From Eubacteriales bacterium (GTDB taxonomy: Bacteria > Bacillota > Clostridia > Oscillospirales > CAG-272), in assembly GCA_045535815.1 (NCBI GenBank), contig JAZSMJ010000066.1:890-64889 (forward strand): DNA of 64,000 nt, read 5' to 3'. The notes beneath the pieces were generated by a model that was not told the DNA's origin, made no database searches, and saw only the letters and a program-made list of their open reading frames with translations. The position numbers and the translations under genes were made by a program. Shown piece by piece: positions 49,032-59,015 of the stretch. The first letter of the stretch is position 1. Every line of letters begins with the position of its first letter.

Positions 49032-49204
49032 CTTAATTTACCCTCGCACAAGATTTTATCTTTAAGATAATTTTTGCCCGCAACTAAAAAAATATGGCAT
49101 GTAATGTGTGGCTTTTGAGGGTATATGCGGTTGACACGGAGCTTTCTGTATGATATAGTTAAATATATAAAAATGTGAAATATACGGAGATACCTCGGAT
49201 AATT

Positions 49205-49738
49205 ATGAATGAAAAAACGGTAAGAATAAAAATAACTGCAAAGATATACGATCTGACGGATGATCCGGGAGATATGCCCGAGACCTTGTCTGAAGAATAT
49301 ATGAGAAGCTATCTTGAAGCGGGTGACGAATCTGAAGAGCTTGAGTATGACGAAACGGCGTACGAAATGACTGCAGAGGGAGTTATGAAGCTTGAGGAGG
49401 GCATTTTGTCACTCACATATCCCGAACCCGAGGAAAACGGTATGGGAGCGTCAGAAACGAGAATATCCTTTGATACAAGCTCACCGCAGTCGGTCACCAT
49501 GACAAGAACGGGTATAGTTTCGACCGCAATGGTTTTTGACGAGAAGATAAAAAGACATATATGCTCTTACGATACCGGGGTTTTTCCGATAGAATTCTGC
49601 GTTTGCACCAAGGGTGTTACAAACGGTATCACGCAGGAGGGCGGAATACTCAATCTTGATTACGTGATCGAGATGAGAGGAATTCAGACCGAAAGAAACG
49701 TGCTTATACTTGAGGTGTACGACCTCGTTTCAGAATAA
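49205..49738 (+). CDS. Hypothetical protein (DUF1934/YwiB-like by recollection)
   Basis: Beta-rich ~180-aa ORF; start uncertain (49175 GTG or 49205 ATG). Confidence 0.4.
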   Translation: MNEKTVRIKITAKIYDLTDDPGDMPETLSEEYMRSYLEAGDESEELEYDETAYEMTAEGVMKLEEGILSLTYPEPEENGMGASETRISFDTSSPQSVTMTRTGIVSTAMVFDEKIKRHICSYDTGVFPIEFCVCTKGVTNGITQEGGILNLDYVIEMRGIQTERNVLILEVYDLVSE

Positions 49739-49774
49739 AAAACAGCATTAAACTTCAAAGGAGGGGAGCCTTTT

Positions 49775-50830
49775 ATGAATTATACTGAGCTTAAATCAAT
49801 ACTTGACAAAAACGGCGATATATCGGGCTGTTGGCTCTTCTTCGGAGAAGAGGATTATCTTAAAAGATACAGTCTTACCGCTATAAGAAAAGCGGTGCTC
49901 GGTGAGAATACCGACGACGTTTTCAATCATACGGTGTTTGACGCTCAGGATGCCGATTTCAATATGTCAAGGCTTATCTCGTGTGCATCGGCTCTGCCTG
50001 TCTTTTGCGAAAAAAAGCTGATTGAGCTTCGAGGCTTTAAGATAACCGAGGGCATGGCTTTAAACTCCCTTACTGAAGCTGTAAATGAGATAGGAGCGTA
50101 TGACTTCAACGTGTTCGTAGTATACGCAGAACCGCTTGAATTTGACGGTGGAACCGAAAAAAAGCGCTCAAAGGTATACAAGGCACTTGAAAAGTGTATG
50201 ACGCCGGTCGAATTTGCAAGAGAGTCGCCTCAAAGGCTGAAGAGCTGGCTTCAGAAGCATTTTCGTGCGCAGGGTATATTTGCCGATGCGGAGCTTTGCG
50301 CTCGGGTGGTTGATATCAGCGGAAGAGATATGTTTATACTTACTTCTGAGGCAAAAAAGCTCTCGGCGTATATTATCTCTCACGGAAGGGACAAGCTTGT
50401 AAGCTCGGATATAGAGCTTGTAACCTCAAAAAATACCGAGGTTGGGGCATTTGATTTTACAAACGCTCTGCTTGACGGCAATACCGCCTCGGCCTATTCC
50501 ATACTTGCGCATATGAAAAATAACCGTGAGGAGCCCATAGCTATACTCGGCTCTATTTCGAAGGTATATACCAATCTTTATTTGGTAAAGACGCTTGTAT
50601 CTGCCGGAACCTCTGCCAAGGGTATCGCCTCGGCTATGAAGATACACGAATATACCGCAACGCTATATTCGAGAATAGTTTCAAAGTGCACGGACGAAAT
50701 GCTTGACAGAGCAATAAAGGCGTGCTACGATACCGACGTTAAGCTGAAATCTCTCCCGGCAAACGGATATCTGATAATAGACAGGCTTGTTGCACAGCTG
50801 AGTGCATTGCGAGTGAGCTCGGGGAGATAA
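49775..50830 (+). CDS. holA: DNA polymerase III delta subunit
   Basis: Length and N-terminal pattern ...WLFFGEEDYLKRY... typical of HolA. Confidence 0.7.
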   Translation: MNYTELKSILDKNGDISGCWLFFGEEDYLKRYSLTAIRKAVLGENTDDVFNHTVFDAQDADFNMSRLISCASALPVFCEKKLIELRGFKITEGMALNSLTEAVNEIGAYDFNVFVVYAEPLEFDGGTEKKRSKVYKALEKCMTPVEFARESPQRLKSWLQKHFRAQGIFADAELCARVVDISGRDMFILTSEAKKLSAYIISHGRDKLVSSDIELVTSKNTEVGAFDFTNALLDGNTASAYSILAHMKNNREEPIAILGSISKVYTNLYLVKTLVSAGTSAKGIASAMKIHEYTATLYSRIVSKCTDEMLDRAIKACYDTDVKLKSLPANGYLIIDRLVAQLSALRVSSGR

Positions 50831-50835
50831 AGCGT

Positions 50836-51447
50836 ATGGAAAAAATAAAGATAGACCGTCCGGTTATCGTTGAGGGGAAATACGACAAGATAAAGCTGTC
50901 TTCAATCCTTGATGCGCAGATAATAACCACCGAGGGCTTCGGTATCTTCAATTCGGATGAAAAGCTTGATTATATAAAAAGAATAGCTCAGCCGTGTGGC
51001 ATTATCGTGGCAACCGACAGTGACGGTGCAGGACTTGTTATACGCAATCTTTTTAAGTCGGTATTGCCCTCGGATAAGATAATAAACGTCTATATACCGC
51101 CAATAAAGGGCAAGGAAAAGCGCAAGGTCGCACCGTCCAGGGAAGGCCTTTTAGGACTTGAGGGAATAGACGCAGACAGACTTCGTGAGGTCTTCCGTCC
51201 GTTTGAGGATAAAGCGGAAAAGGATACCGCTAAAAAGCTTGTTACAAAGCAGGATTTTATGAATGACGGACTCAGCGGATCAACTAACAGTGCGACACGT
51301 CGCCTTCAGGTGATAGACAGACTTAAGCTTCCTCGCAATATGTCGTCAAATGCACTGCTTTCGGCAATAAATCTTCTTATGGATTACGATAGCTATAAGG
51401 CAATGATTTCCGAGATCGGAGATGAAGATAAGATTGAAAAACAGTAA
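50836..51447 (+). CDS. Toprim-domain protein (RNase M5-like / DUF4093)
   Basis: ...PVIVEGKYDKIKL...IVATDSDGAG... Confidence 0.65.
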   Translation: MEKIKIDRPVIVEGKYDKIKLSSILDAQIITTEGFGIFNSDEKLDYIKRIAQPCGIIVATDSDGAGLVIRNLFKSVLPSDKIINVYIPPIKGKEKRKVAPSREGLLGLEGIDADRLREVFRPFEDKAEKDTAKKLVTKQDFMNDGLSGSTNSATRRLQVIDRLKLPRNMSSNALLSAINLLMDYDSYKAMISEIGDEDKIEKQ

Positions 51448-51862
51448 TTTAACCAAGAGCATAAAGCTGCTGTTTAACAAATACCGTGAATATATACTTT
51501 ATATAATATTCGGCGGACTTACCACGGCGGTAAACTTTACAGTATATTATGCGCTTAACGTGTTTATCTGGTATATCATCGCAAACGTTATCGCCTGGGC
51601 GGTATCGGTAGTATTTGCATTCGTGACCAATAAAATATTCGTTTTCGAGAGCAAAAATACCTCGGATAAGAAAACTCTTACTGAATTTATCGAATTTACT
51701 CTTTTCAGAGTGCTCTCGGGAGTTATGGAAACTGCGCTGCTTTACGTCTTCGTCGACCTTTTATCGCAAAGCGAAAATATATTCAAGATAATAATATCCG
51801 TTTTGGTAGTGGTGCTCAATTATATCTTTTCAAAGTTTATAATCTTTTCAAAAAAGAAGTAA
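51422..51862 (+). CDS. GtrA-family membrane protein
   Basis: ...YIIFGGLTTAVNFTVYY...; four TM segments; 146 aa. Confidence 0.7.
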   Translation: MKIRLKNSNLTKSIKLLFNKYREYILYIIFGGLTTAVNFTVYYALNVFIWYIIANVIAWAVSVVFAFVTNKIFVFESKNTSDKKTLTEFIEFTLFRVLSGVMETALLYVFVDLLSQSENIFKIIISVLVVVLNYIFSKFIIFSKKK

Positions 51863-51871
51863 GAGGGCGGA

Positions 51872-52228
51872 ATGCAAACTATAGACCAGGCACTTGAAAA
51901 GCTGAGGCGCTCTGATTTCAGAGCAAGATTTAAGCTATCCGAGAAGGATAAGGCTTATATAAGAGAAAAGGGTATAGATACGGTACGCCGACATGCGCAG
52001 GAGATAATAGAGAAAAGACTTGCTCCTGCCTTTATTGAAAACGACGGCCGTCAAACGCCAATGCGAGGGCATCCCGTATTTATCGCACAGCACTCGTGTG
52101 CCTGCTGTTGCAGAGGATGTCTTGAAAAATGGTACAGAGTGCCAAAAGGCATACAGCTTACCGATATTCAGCAAAAGAAGATAGTCGATCTTATAATGCG
52201 CTGGATAGAGCTTGAAATGACAAAATAA
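51872..52228 (+). CDS. DUF4186-domain protein
   Basis: ...HPVFIAQHSCACCCRGCLEKWY... signature. Confidence 0.65.
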   Translation: MQTIDQALEKLRRSDFRARFKLSEKDKAYIREKGIDTVRRHAQEIIEKRLAPAFIENDGRQTPMRGHPVFIAQHSCACCCRGCLEKWYRVPKGIQLTDIQQKKIVDLIMRWIELEMTK

Positions 52229-52255
52229 TTTTTAAAAATATAGAAGGACAATATT

Positions 52256-53623
52256 ATGAATCAACGTGAAAAGCTTTCCTCACGCCTGGGCTTTATATTG
52301 CTGTCTGCAGGATGCGCAATAGGTCTTGGCAACGTCTACCGCTTTCCGATAATAACCGGAGCTTACGGCGGTGCGTTTTTCGTTCTTATCTATCTTGCGT
52401 TTCTCGTTTTGCTGGGTATACCGGTAATGACGGCAGAGCTTTCTGTCGGCAGAGCAAGTCAGCGAAGCATAGCGTCATCCTTTGACGTAATGGAAAAGCC
52501 GGGTCAGAAATGGCATCTTATGAAGTTTGTCGGAATAGCAGGCAACTATCTTCTTATGATGTTCTATACCACCATATCCGGCTGGATGCTCATCTATTTC
52601 GTCAAGTATATTACCGGCTCGATATCCTCGGTGCACGGTGATAAGGCGATGATGGATGTTTTTGTCTCAATGACCAAGGACCCCGTTCAGTGCGTCGTTG
52701 CGGCAAGTACAATTATAATCATCTGCTTTGCTATATGCTCACTCGGACTTAAAAACGGAGTTGAAAGAATTACCAAGTATATGATGGTAGCCCTCTTTGC
52801 TCTGATGATTGGTCTTGCGGTGTATTCCTGCACGCTTCCCGGTGCGGCACAGGGACTTAAATTCTATCTCGTTCCCTCTGTTGACAATCTTTTATCATCG
52901 GGTATATGGACGGTAATATCTGCCGCTATGGGTCAGGCATTCTTTACACTCAGCGTAGGTATTGGCTCAATCGCCATATTCGGAAGCTATATAAACAAGG
53001 ACCGCCGTCTTCTCGGTGAGGCGGTGACCATAGTATCACTTGATACCTCGGTTGCACTTATATCGGGACTTATCGTTTTCCCTGCGTGCTTTACCTATGG
53101 CACTCAGGTAACGGCAGATTCGGCAGACTCGCTCTTCCTTTTCAGAACTCTCTCAAGCATATTCAACGAAATGCCGGGCGGACGTATATTGGGCTCGCTT
53201 TTCTTCCTGTTTATGCTGTTTGCGGCGCTCTCGACGGTAATTGCGGTCTTTGAGAACATAATGTCGTTCTGGCTTGAAATGACAAAGCTCAACCGCAGAG
53301 CAGTTGCTCTTATAAATATAGGGCTGGTTCTCGTGCTTGCACTGCCTGCAATGCTTGGTGAAAACCTGCTTTCGTTTATAAATATAGGCGGTAAAGGAAT
53401 AATAGATTTAGAGGATTTTGCGGTAACCAACCTTCTGTTGCCCTTCGGAAGTCTGATATACGTGCTTTTCTGTACTAACAGATATGGCTGGGGATGGAAA
53501 AACTACTTTGCAGAGGTAAACTGCGGCGACAAGGGCGTAAAGCTTCCTGCATGGCTTCGCCCGTATATGACCTACGTGCTGCCGATAATCATAATCGTAG
53601 TTATGATAATGTCCATCTTGTGA
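52256..53623 (+). CDS. Sodium-dependent transporter, SNF (neurotransmitter:sodium symporter) family
   Basis: ...GFILLSAGCAIGLGNVYRFPI...; ~11-12 TM segments. Confidence 0.85.
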   Translation: MNQREKLSSRLGFILLSAGCAIGLGNVYRFPIITGAYGGAFFVLIYLAFLVLLGIPVMTAELSVGRASQRSIASSFDVMEKPGQKWHLMKFVGIAGNYLLMMFYTTISGWMLIYFVKYITGSISSVHGDKAMMDVFVSMTKDPVQCVVAASTIIIICFAICSLGLKNGVERITKYMMVALFALMIGLAVYSCTLPGAAQGLKFYLVPSVDNLLSSGIWTVISAAMGQAFFTLSVGIGSIAIFGSYINKDRRLLGEAVTIVSLDTSVALISGLIVFPACFTYGTQVTADSADSLFLFRTLSSIFNEMPGGRILGSLFFLFMLFAALSTVIAVFENIMSFWLEMTKLNRRAVALINIGLVLVLALPAMLGENLLSFINIGGKGIIDLEDFAVTNLLLPFGSLIYVLFCTNRYGWGWKNYFAEVNCGDKGVKLPAWLRPYMTYVLPIIIIVVMIMSIL

Positions 53624-53647
53624 TAATGGCGTGCTTTCAAAGATAAA

Positions 53648-53687
53648 ACCACCCGTGAAAGAATTTTGAAATTCTTTCACGGGTGGT
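53648..53687. terminator. 19-bp palindromic bidirectional terminator
   Basis: ACCACCCGTGAAAGAATTT / AAATTCTTTCACGGGTGGT. Confidence 0.75.
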
Positions 53688-53704
53688 ATTTTTATTATAT
53701 CGGA

Positions 53705-53929
53705 TCACTCTTTATCTCCGTTAAGTATCCAGTGTTCGTCATATCCGAATTCCAGCGCAATAAGCTTTGCAAGGGAAGCAGATATGGTCATAGGTTTTTG
53801 GGGATCGTTGCCTCGTATACCAGTGAGAATATAGATGTAATTCTCGCTGATCCCCATCCTTCTTGCAAATTCTGCCTTTGTGAACTTTTGTTCTCGGATA
53901 ATGGTATTCAGTCGCTGTGCAAGTGTCAT
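53705..53929 (-). CDS. XRE-family HTH protein
   Basis: ...LNTIIREQKFTKAEFARRMGISENYIYIL...; starts 1 nt after the stop of the upstream gene. Confidence 0.7.
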   Translation of the reverse strand: MTLAQRLNTIIREQKFTKAEFARRMGISENYIYILTGIRGNDPQKPMTISASLAKLIALEFGYDEHWILNGDKE

Positions 53930-53930
53930 A

Positions 53931-55607
53931 TCAATCCTCCCGTTGTCTGATCTTCATCAGTGCGGCAAATTCCAGTAGCTGCTTGCGTGATGTCACACCG
54001 AGTTTTGAATAGATATTCTTATTGTGATATTTCAGCGTGTTCTGATTGATGTCGGCAAGCACGAGAATTTCTTTTGCACTTTTGCCATCCATATATAAAT
54101 CGAATATCGAGCGTTCCTTCGGTGTCAGCGTACACAGACATTGTATAAATTGCTCAAAGCTGTCAAGGTCTACCTCGGGCAGCTTTTCATTTGCCAGCCT
54201 TGTCATATGGGTCTGTGCCATATCAAACTTGGAGCGGACCTCTTTGTTCTCCTTATCCAGCCGCTCAAGCTCCTCTGCGTGAGCACGGTCGTTTGCGGCA
54301 AGAAATTCAAGAAGGTCGTTTATCTCGGAGTAGGGCGCACCGGTCTGCTCTGAGTAAGATCGGCTGCGAATGGTATCAAGCGCATCGTTCACCGGGCGCA
54401 GATAGCGGCGGCTGATAAAGATAGATACGATAACGCTGACCGCCAGCAAAATAACGACCGTAAGCGAGAAATAATCGGTGTTACCCTTGACGGCTGAATG
54501 TAAAATATCCTGCGGCATAAGTATGGCAGTCACCCAGGCTTGATCTTCATAGGGCGAGCCTCCGGGATAGAGCCGTATAGCGCTGCTCTTGCCTGCATAG
54601 CTTTCTCCTCCGCCCGACAGATGTATGAAATCCTCATGGCTATCGGTCACCTCAAGGTCGTAATCCCAATGGTTGCCTGTCAGATAGTAGTTTCCTGCAA
54701 TCAATCCGAGAGAGGTGCAGAAGCCCGATTCGCATACGGGAGCCATAACGGTGAAAATATTTTCAAAATTACCGCCTGCAGGGGTATAAAATGACTTGAA
54801 CAGCCTGTCACTGACCTCGACACCGCATACGCCGAAGACGGTGCCGTCTTCACTTCGCAAAGGGACGCAGAGCATAAAGCCTGCTTCGCTGTTGTCCTTC
54901 AGCACCGTGCGACCGCTCCAGTAATACAAACGGGAAAGGTCAAGGTCGGGGTTTTGGCGGGCTGTGTCAATAACGCAGTCAAAGAAATCCTGACCTTCGG
55001 TATCAAATTCCATTCGCCACTGTCCGAGAAGCATTATCCCGTTGTCACGGGCAAGTGACGCAGGACCTCGCAGATAGTGTATGTCCACACCTGTAGCCGA
55101 CGTGTGAGTAGGCTGTGTTTTCTTCAGAAATATGCCCGATTTTGCCGTTTCTGCATTATCTGAGGCAGGATTGACCGTTGCATCCAGAATAATAAAAGCT
55201 CCGCCGCAATAGCGGGTGTTTACCGTGGAGATAAGTGTCTGCATATGTTCGCTCAGCAGAGCTTCCAAAAGCTCGGGATGCTCCGACAATGAGGCTGCTG
55301 TGATGCCGTTGTCGGCAAAGAAGCGGTCACTCCGTCGGGCAATATCCTCAGCAATGGAGATGCCACCGAGCGACACTCGACCGAAATCCTCGCTTATCTT
55401 ATCGGAAATAATGGATATTTCGGTGGTAAGATGGCTGTCTACCGCCTTTCTCTCGCTCCCCGTAATGCCGAACAGTGAGAGCAGAAGGGTAAATGCCAAT
55501 ATAAGTGTGACCGAAACCATTACAAAGAACAGAATAAGTCTGCCGTGCAGAGTCGTTCCTTTTTTGTTGCGCTCCTTTTTCCAGAGTGCGATAGCCTGTT
55601 TTAACAT
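53931..55607 (-). CDS. Membrane-bound one-component regulator: TM, ~330-aa extracytoplasmic domain, TM, coiled coil, LuxR-type HTH
   Basis: C-terminal ...LTPKERSIFDLYMDGKSAKEILVLADINQNTLKYHNKNIYSKLGVTSRKQLL; two hydrophobic segments. Confidence 0.75.
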   Translation of the reverse strand: MLKQAIALWKKERNKKGTTLHGRLILFFVMVSVTLILAFTLLLSLFGITGSERKAVDSHLTTEISIISDKISEDFGRVSLGGISIAEDIARRSDRFFADNGITAASLSEHPELLEALLSEHMQTLISTVNTRYCGGAFIILDATVNPASDNAETAKSGIFLKKTQPTHTSATGVDIHYLRGPASLARDNGIMLLGQWRMEFDTEGQDFFDCVIDTARQNPDLDLSRLYYWSGRTVLKDNSEAGFMLCVPLRSEDGTVFGVCGVEVSDRLFKSFYTPAGGNFENIFTVMAPVCESGFCTSLGLIAGNYYLTGNHWDYDLEVTDSHEDFIHLSGGGESYAGKSSAIRLYPGGSPYEDQAWVTAILMPQDILHSAVKGNTDYFSLTVVILLAVSVIVSIFISRRYLRPVNDALDTIRSRSYSEQTGAPYSEINDLLEFLAANDRAHAEELERLDKENKEVRSKFDMAQTHMTRLANEKLPEVDLDSFEQFIQCLCTLTPKERSIFDLYMDGKSAKEILVLADINQNTLKYHNKNIYSKLGVTSRKQLLEFAALMKIRQRED

Positions 55608-55612
55608 GACTT

Positions 55613-56944
55613 TTACTTTCTCATCTGCGAAAGGGCGTCATCGGCAAGGGCCGATGCTCCCGAAAGAAATCTCTCACGCTCATCCTTGAGCAGTTTTTTG
55701 AAGGTTTCTTCGTATGTTTCGCTGTCGGAATCAAAGCTCGTATAAGTAGGTGCGGTAATGAAGGAGTATTCCTCGTACATGGAGAGAACGCTTGTCAGCA
55801 TTTTGATGATCTGCTCGTTTTGAAGCGTTTCCAGGTGAGCTTCCATATCCTCTTCAAACGCCTTCTTGGTAACGGGGAGATATCCCGTTTCTCCTACAAA
55901 CTTCATATTCTGCTCGGAAGCGGTAAGCCACTTGATAAACTCTGCTGCAGCGTATTCCTTCTTTTCGTCGGACTTTGACACCATCAGACCGCCTCCTCGC
56001 TGCAATGCAGTCTTCGTTCCGCCTTCAAACACAGGATAGGGAAGGATGCTGTATTCCACATCCTCTACCGTGCCGTCGGAATAGGTGATGGTATCACCGT
56101 AAAACAGGATTCCTGCAGATGATCCGGTGGAGCATACAAGGTCTCCCGTTTTGGATAAGTCGGATGAATATCCGTCGTATATTGCAAATCCTCCCTCAAC
56201 GGCAGGAGTATAGACCGTTTTAAAGATATGAGCGTACTGATCAGCGCTCAGGGAAAGAGTCTCACCTTCAAAAATACTTGCACCCAGCTGAGTCATTCCG
56301 ACCTGGGCAAAATTAAACCATGAATCCGAGCCGTAGAACTGCCCTCCGCCGCTCCATTCGTAGTACATTTCGGAAAGCTCTGCTATGCCTTCAAAGGTGG
56401 TGAGTTTATCGGCTTGCGCACCGGTCTCTGCTGCAAAACGGTCGAATAGAGTCTGATTTACATAGAGCACCTCTGTCGATTTTGCGATAGGGAATACGTA
56501 CAGTCCGCCGTCTGCGAGGCGTCCTTCCTCGATGAAGGCATCGATATATGCGTCAAGCTCGTTTTGGTCAAAATAGCTGTCAAGATCGGCAAGCATTCCT
56601 TTCTCCTGAAACTGGATGGCGATCTTCGGATAGCCCGTGAAGATATCGGGCTGCTCGGGTGCGCCGGGATCGTCATTTACTATCATGGTCAGGCTCTTGT
56701 TCAGCTCTGAGCTGGAGGAAATTGCGGTCACGTTGATAACGATGCCTTTTTCTTTTCCTACCGTGCTGTTGAATTGGTCTATCAGCAGATCCATGGTAGA
56801 CTGCATATCGCCGCCGTAGTTGTGCCACATATTAAGCGTGATCGGATCGTCGGGGTCAAGAGGAGAACTGTCGCATCCTGCTAATATACCGATAGCACAT
56901 AATAAAACGATCAGAACTGAAATAGAATAAAACAGCTTTTTCAT
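55613..56944 (-). CDS. Orphan ABC-type extracellular solute-binding lipoprotein (family 1, sugar-type)
   Basis: Lipobox LAGC. No permease or ATPase genes adjacent. Its stop is 5 nt before the start of the LuxR-type regulator gene. Confidence 0.8.
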   Translation of the reverse strand: MKKLFYSISVLIVLLCAIGILAGCDSSPLDPDDPITLNMWHNYGGDMQSTMDLLIDQFNSTVGKEKGIVINVTAISSSSELNKSLTMIVNDDPGAPEQPDIFTGYPKIAIQFQEKGMLADLDSYFDQNELDAYIDAFIEEGRLADGGLYVFPIAKSTEVLYVNQTLFDRFAAETGAQADKLTTFEGIAELSEMYYEWSGGGQFYGSDSWFNFAQVGMTQLGASIFEGETLSLSADQYAHIFKTVYTPAVEGGFAIYDGYSSDLSKTGDLVCSTGSSAGILFYGDTITYSDGTVEDVEYSILPYPVFEGGTKTALQRGGGLMVSKSDEKKEYAAAEFIKWLTASEQNMKFVGETGYLPVTKKAFEEDMEAHLETLQNEQIIKMLTSVLSMYEEYSFITAPTYTSFDSDSETYEETFKKLLKDERERFLSGASALADDALSQMRK

Positions 56945-56977
56945 AAAAAACCTCCCAAAGCGGTCTCCCCCCCTGTT

Positions 56978-57071
56978 TTCCCACCCGATTTTGCGAAAAA
57001 ATATAAAAAACGGTGCAAAAATCGGTAATTATTTTTGATTTCCCACCCGTTTTGGAAAAATGGGGTGGGGA
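56978..57071. promoter_or_regulatory. Repeated GC-rich boxes in the divergent intergenic region
   Basis: TTCCCACCCG at 56978-56987 and at 57040-57049; inverted GGGGTGGGGA at 57062-57071; TATAAT at 57090-57095. Confidence 0.35.
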
Positions 57072-57255
57072 CAGAAGATGAAAAACCGGTATAATTGTAC
57101 TCGTAAGCACGGACGGCTTAAGAGTGACTTGCATACAAGGAAACCTCATTTTCCTTGCAGGTTCTCTGAAGACAGTATATCATAAACCCTTGAATTTTTC
57201 AACGGTTTATCTATTGCTTTGAAAAAAACTTAACTGTTAAGGGAAGGGGGCAAAA

Positions 57256-57633
57256 ATGAAGACTGTACGTTATGATACGGCAAGCTTCAAAATTATTAAT
57301 ACGTCAGGCGGGAACCGATACCGTTTTTTCTGCGAAGCGTGCGGCGGAGCGGTATGTACGACAAAGCCTATCAGAGGTACCTCGCCCGAGAAGGAATTGC
57401 AGACTGCATGGGAAACCGAGGCAAAAGAATATTTCAATCTCTGTCACAGCTGCGGAAAATGGATAAGCGATGCAATGTATAATGCTGATACGCTTTCCTG
57501 CGTAGACTGTACCCCCTGGGAGGACCCGCCGAAATACTGCCCGATGTGCGGCAGTAAGGTGCCTGAGGATAATACCTTCTGCAATAACTGCGGAGTGAGG
57601 CTGATGTACGGAGGGGGAGAAAATGACGGATAG
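57256..57633 (+). CDS. Multi-CxxC zinc-ribbon protein
   Basis: CEAC, CHSC, CVDC and the terminal CPMCGSKVPEDNTFCNNCG ribbon. Confidence 0.6.
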   Translation: MKTVRYDTASFKIINTSGGNRYRFFCEACGGAVCTTKPIRGTSPEKELQTAWETEAKEYFNLCHSCGKWISDAMYNADTLSCVDCTPWEDPPKYCPMCGSKVPEDNTFCNNCGVRLMYGGGENDG

Positions 57634-57889
57634 TTACAAAGTAACAAGAAAAGAAGGTAAAAAACGGTATGGCTTCGGAGTGGAGCGTATGAAGGATATA
57701 AAGGTGTGCGCACATTGCGGGACCGTATCGAATTCGTTAAAGCTTTTCTGTCCCGAGTGTTCCAAAAAGCTTCCGAAGGAAACGGTATATATGCAGTATC
57801 AAAAAAGGCACAGGACCTGTCTTGACTGCGGTCAGGTGATATCAAACAGTATGCAGTTCTGCCCGATGTGCGGAACGAAAATAATATAA
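57623..57889 (+). CDS. Double zinc-ribbon protein
   Basis: CAHCG-x9-FCPEC and CLDCG-x9-FCPMCG. Confidence 0.6.
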   Translation: MTDSYKVTRKEGKKRYGFGVERMKDIKVCAHCGTVSNSLKLFCPECSKKLPKETVYMQYQKRHRTCLDCGQVISNSMQFCPMCGTKII

Positions 57890-57902
57890 AGGAGGATGAG
57901 AG

Positions 57903-58982
57903 ATGGCAAACTGTACGAGATGCGGTGCTGAACTGAAAAGCGGCATCAAATTTTGCACCGAGTGCGGAGCGGCGGTACCCGAAACGAGAACGGAGGGCGT
58001 TGCTTTTGCAAAAGAACGGAAGGCTGAGTTGCCGACGGCAGATAATCAACAGCCCGTGCAGCAGACGGTGTATCAGCAACCGATAAATACACAGCCTGCT
58101 CCGCCTCGCACACAACCGATAACGGAGCAAGCACCGGGCCCGGGCAGCCCTTACGGACTCATATCCACCGGAGGATATATCGGTATAATGCTTTTGCTAT
58201 GTATACCGATAATCGGATTGATTCTGATGATCGTATGGGCGTGTGGCGGATGCAGAAAGCATCAGAAGCGAAATATGGCCCGTGCGATGCTGATCATGAC
58301 GGTAATTATGCTGGTGATCGGATTGGTAATAGGGCTTGTTTTTCGAGGTGTGATCGTTTCGGTTTTTGATGCGTTAAAAGATCAAGCGCCGGAAGCGGTA
58401 AGCCGGGAGGATGAAGGTGAACAGGATGCTCTGTCAAGCCTGTTCGGTGGTCTGTTTGGAGGCGGCGATACATATGAAGGTGATGAGGATGCCGAAAATG
58501 CGGACGATATATACGGACTTTTTTCCGGACTTTTTGGAGGCGACAGCTCCTATGACGACAGCACCGGTGACGGAAGCTCAGACGATATATACGGGCTTCT
58601 TGCCGGGCTTATGGGAGAAGACCTCTCCGGTATAATGAATGAGGTGGAGGATATCAACAGCGAAGCCTCTGAAAATTCCGACGGATGGCCGTCAGATCTG
58701 CCCGATTACCCGGACGGGACGATGGAGCAAGTTGAAAACTACCGTACTCTGATCACAGGCACATCAGACCAAACCATGTGGAGCTATGTTGAAACGCTGA
58801 AAGGCAAAGGTTACGAATTTCAGGATTTCTACGGCTTTGGTATGAGTGAAGAAGATATGAAATATATGAACGCATGGTGGGGTACTAACGGCAAATGGTA
58901 TCTTAGCATATCGTATGCCGACGGCACCGTGACGATAGACCACACGACCGAGCTGCCCGATTTAAGCGGACTGTTCGGATAA
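57903..58982 (+). CDS. Zinc-ribbon membrane protein with an acidic repeat linker and a C-terminal globular domain
   Basis: CTRCGAELKSGIKFCTECG; Q/P-rich linker; TM segments; DDIYGL[FL][SA]GL[FM]GG repeats. Confidence 0.7.
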   Translation: MANCTRCGAELKSGIKFCTECGAAVPETRTEGVAFAKERKAELPTADNQQPVQQTVYQQPINTQPAPPRTQPITEQAPGPGSPYGLISTGGYIGIMLLLCIPIIGLILMIVWACGGCRKHQKRNMARAMLIMTVIMLVIGLVIGLVFRGVIVSVFDALKDQAPEAVSREDEGEQDALSSLFGGLFGGGDTYEGDEDAENADDIYGLFSGLFGGDSSYDDSTGDGSSDDIYGLLAGLMGEDLSGIMNEVEDINSEASENSDGWPSDLPDYPDGTMEQVENYRTLITGTSDQTMWSYVETLKGKGYEFQDFYGFGMSEEDMKYMNAWWGTNGKWYLSISYADGTVTIDHTTELPDLSGLFG

Positions 58983-59015
58983 AAAATAAACATTATATAA
59001 AAAGGAGATAATATT

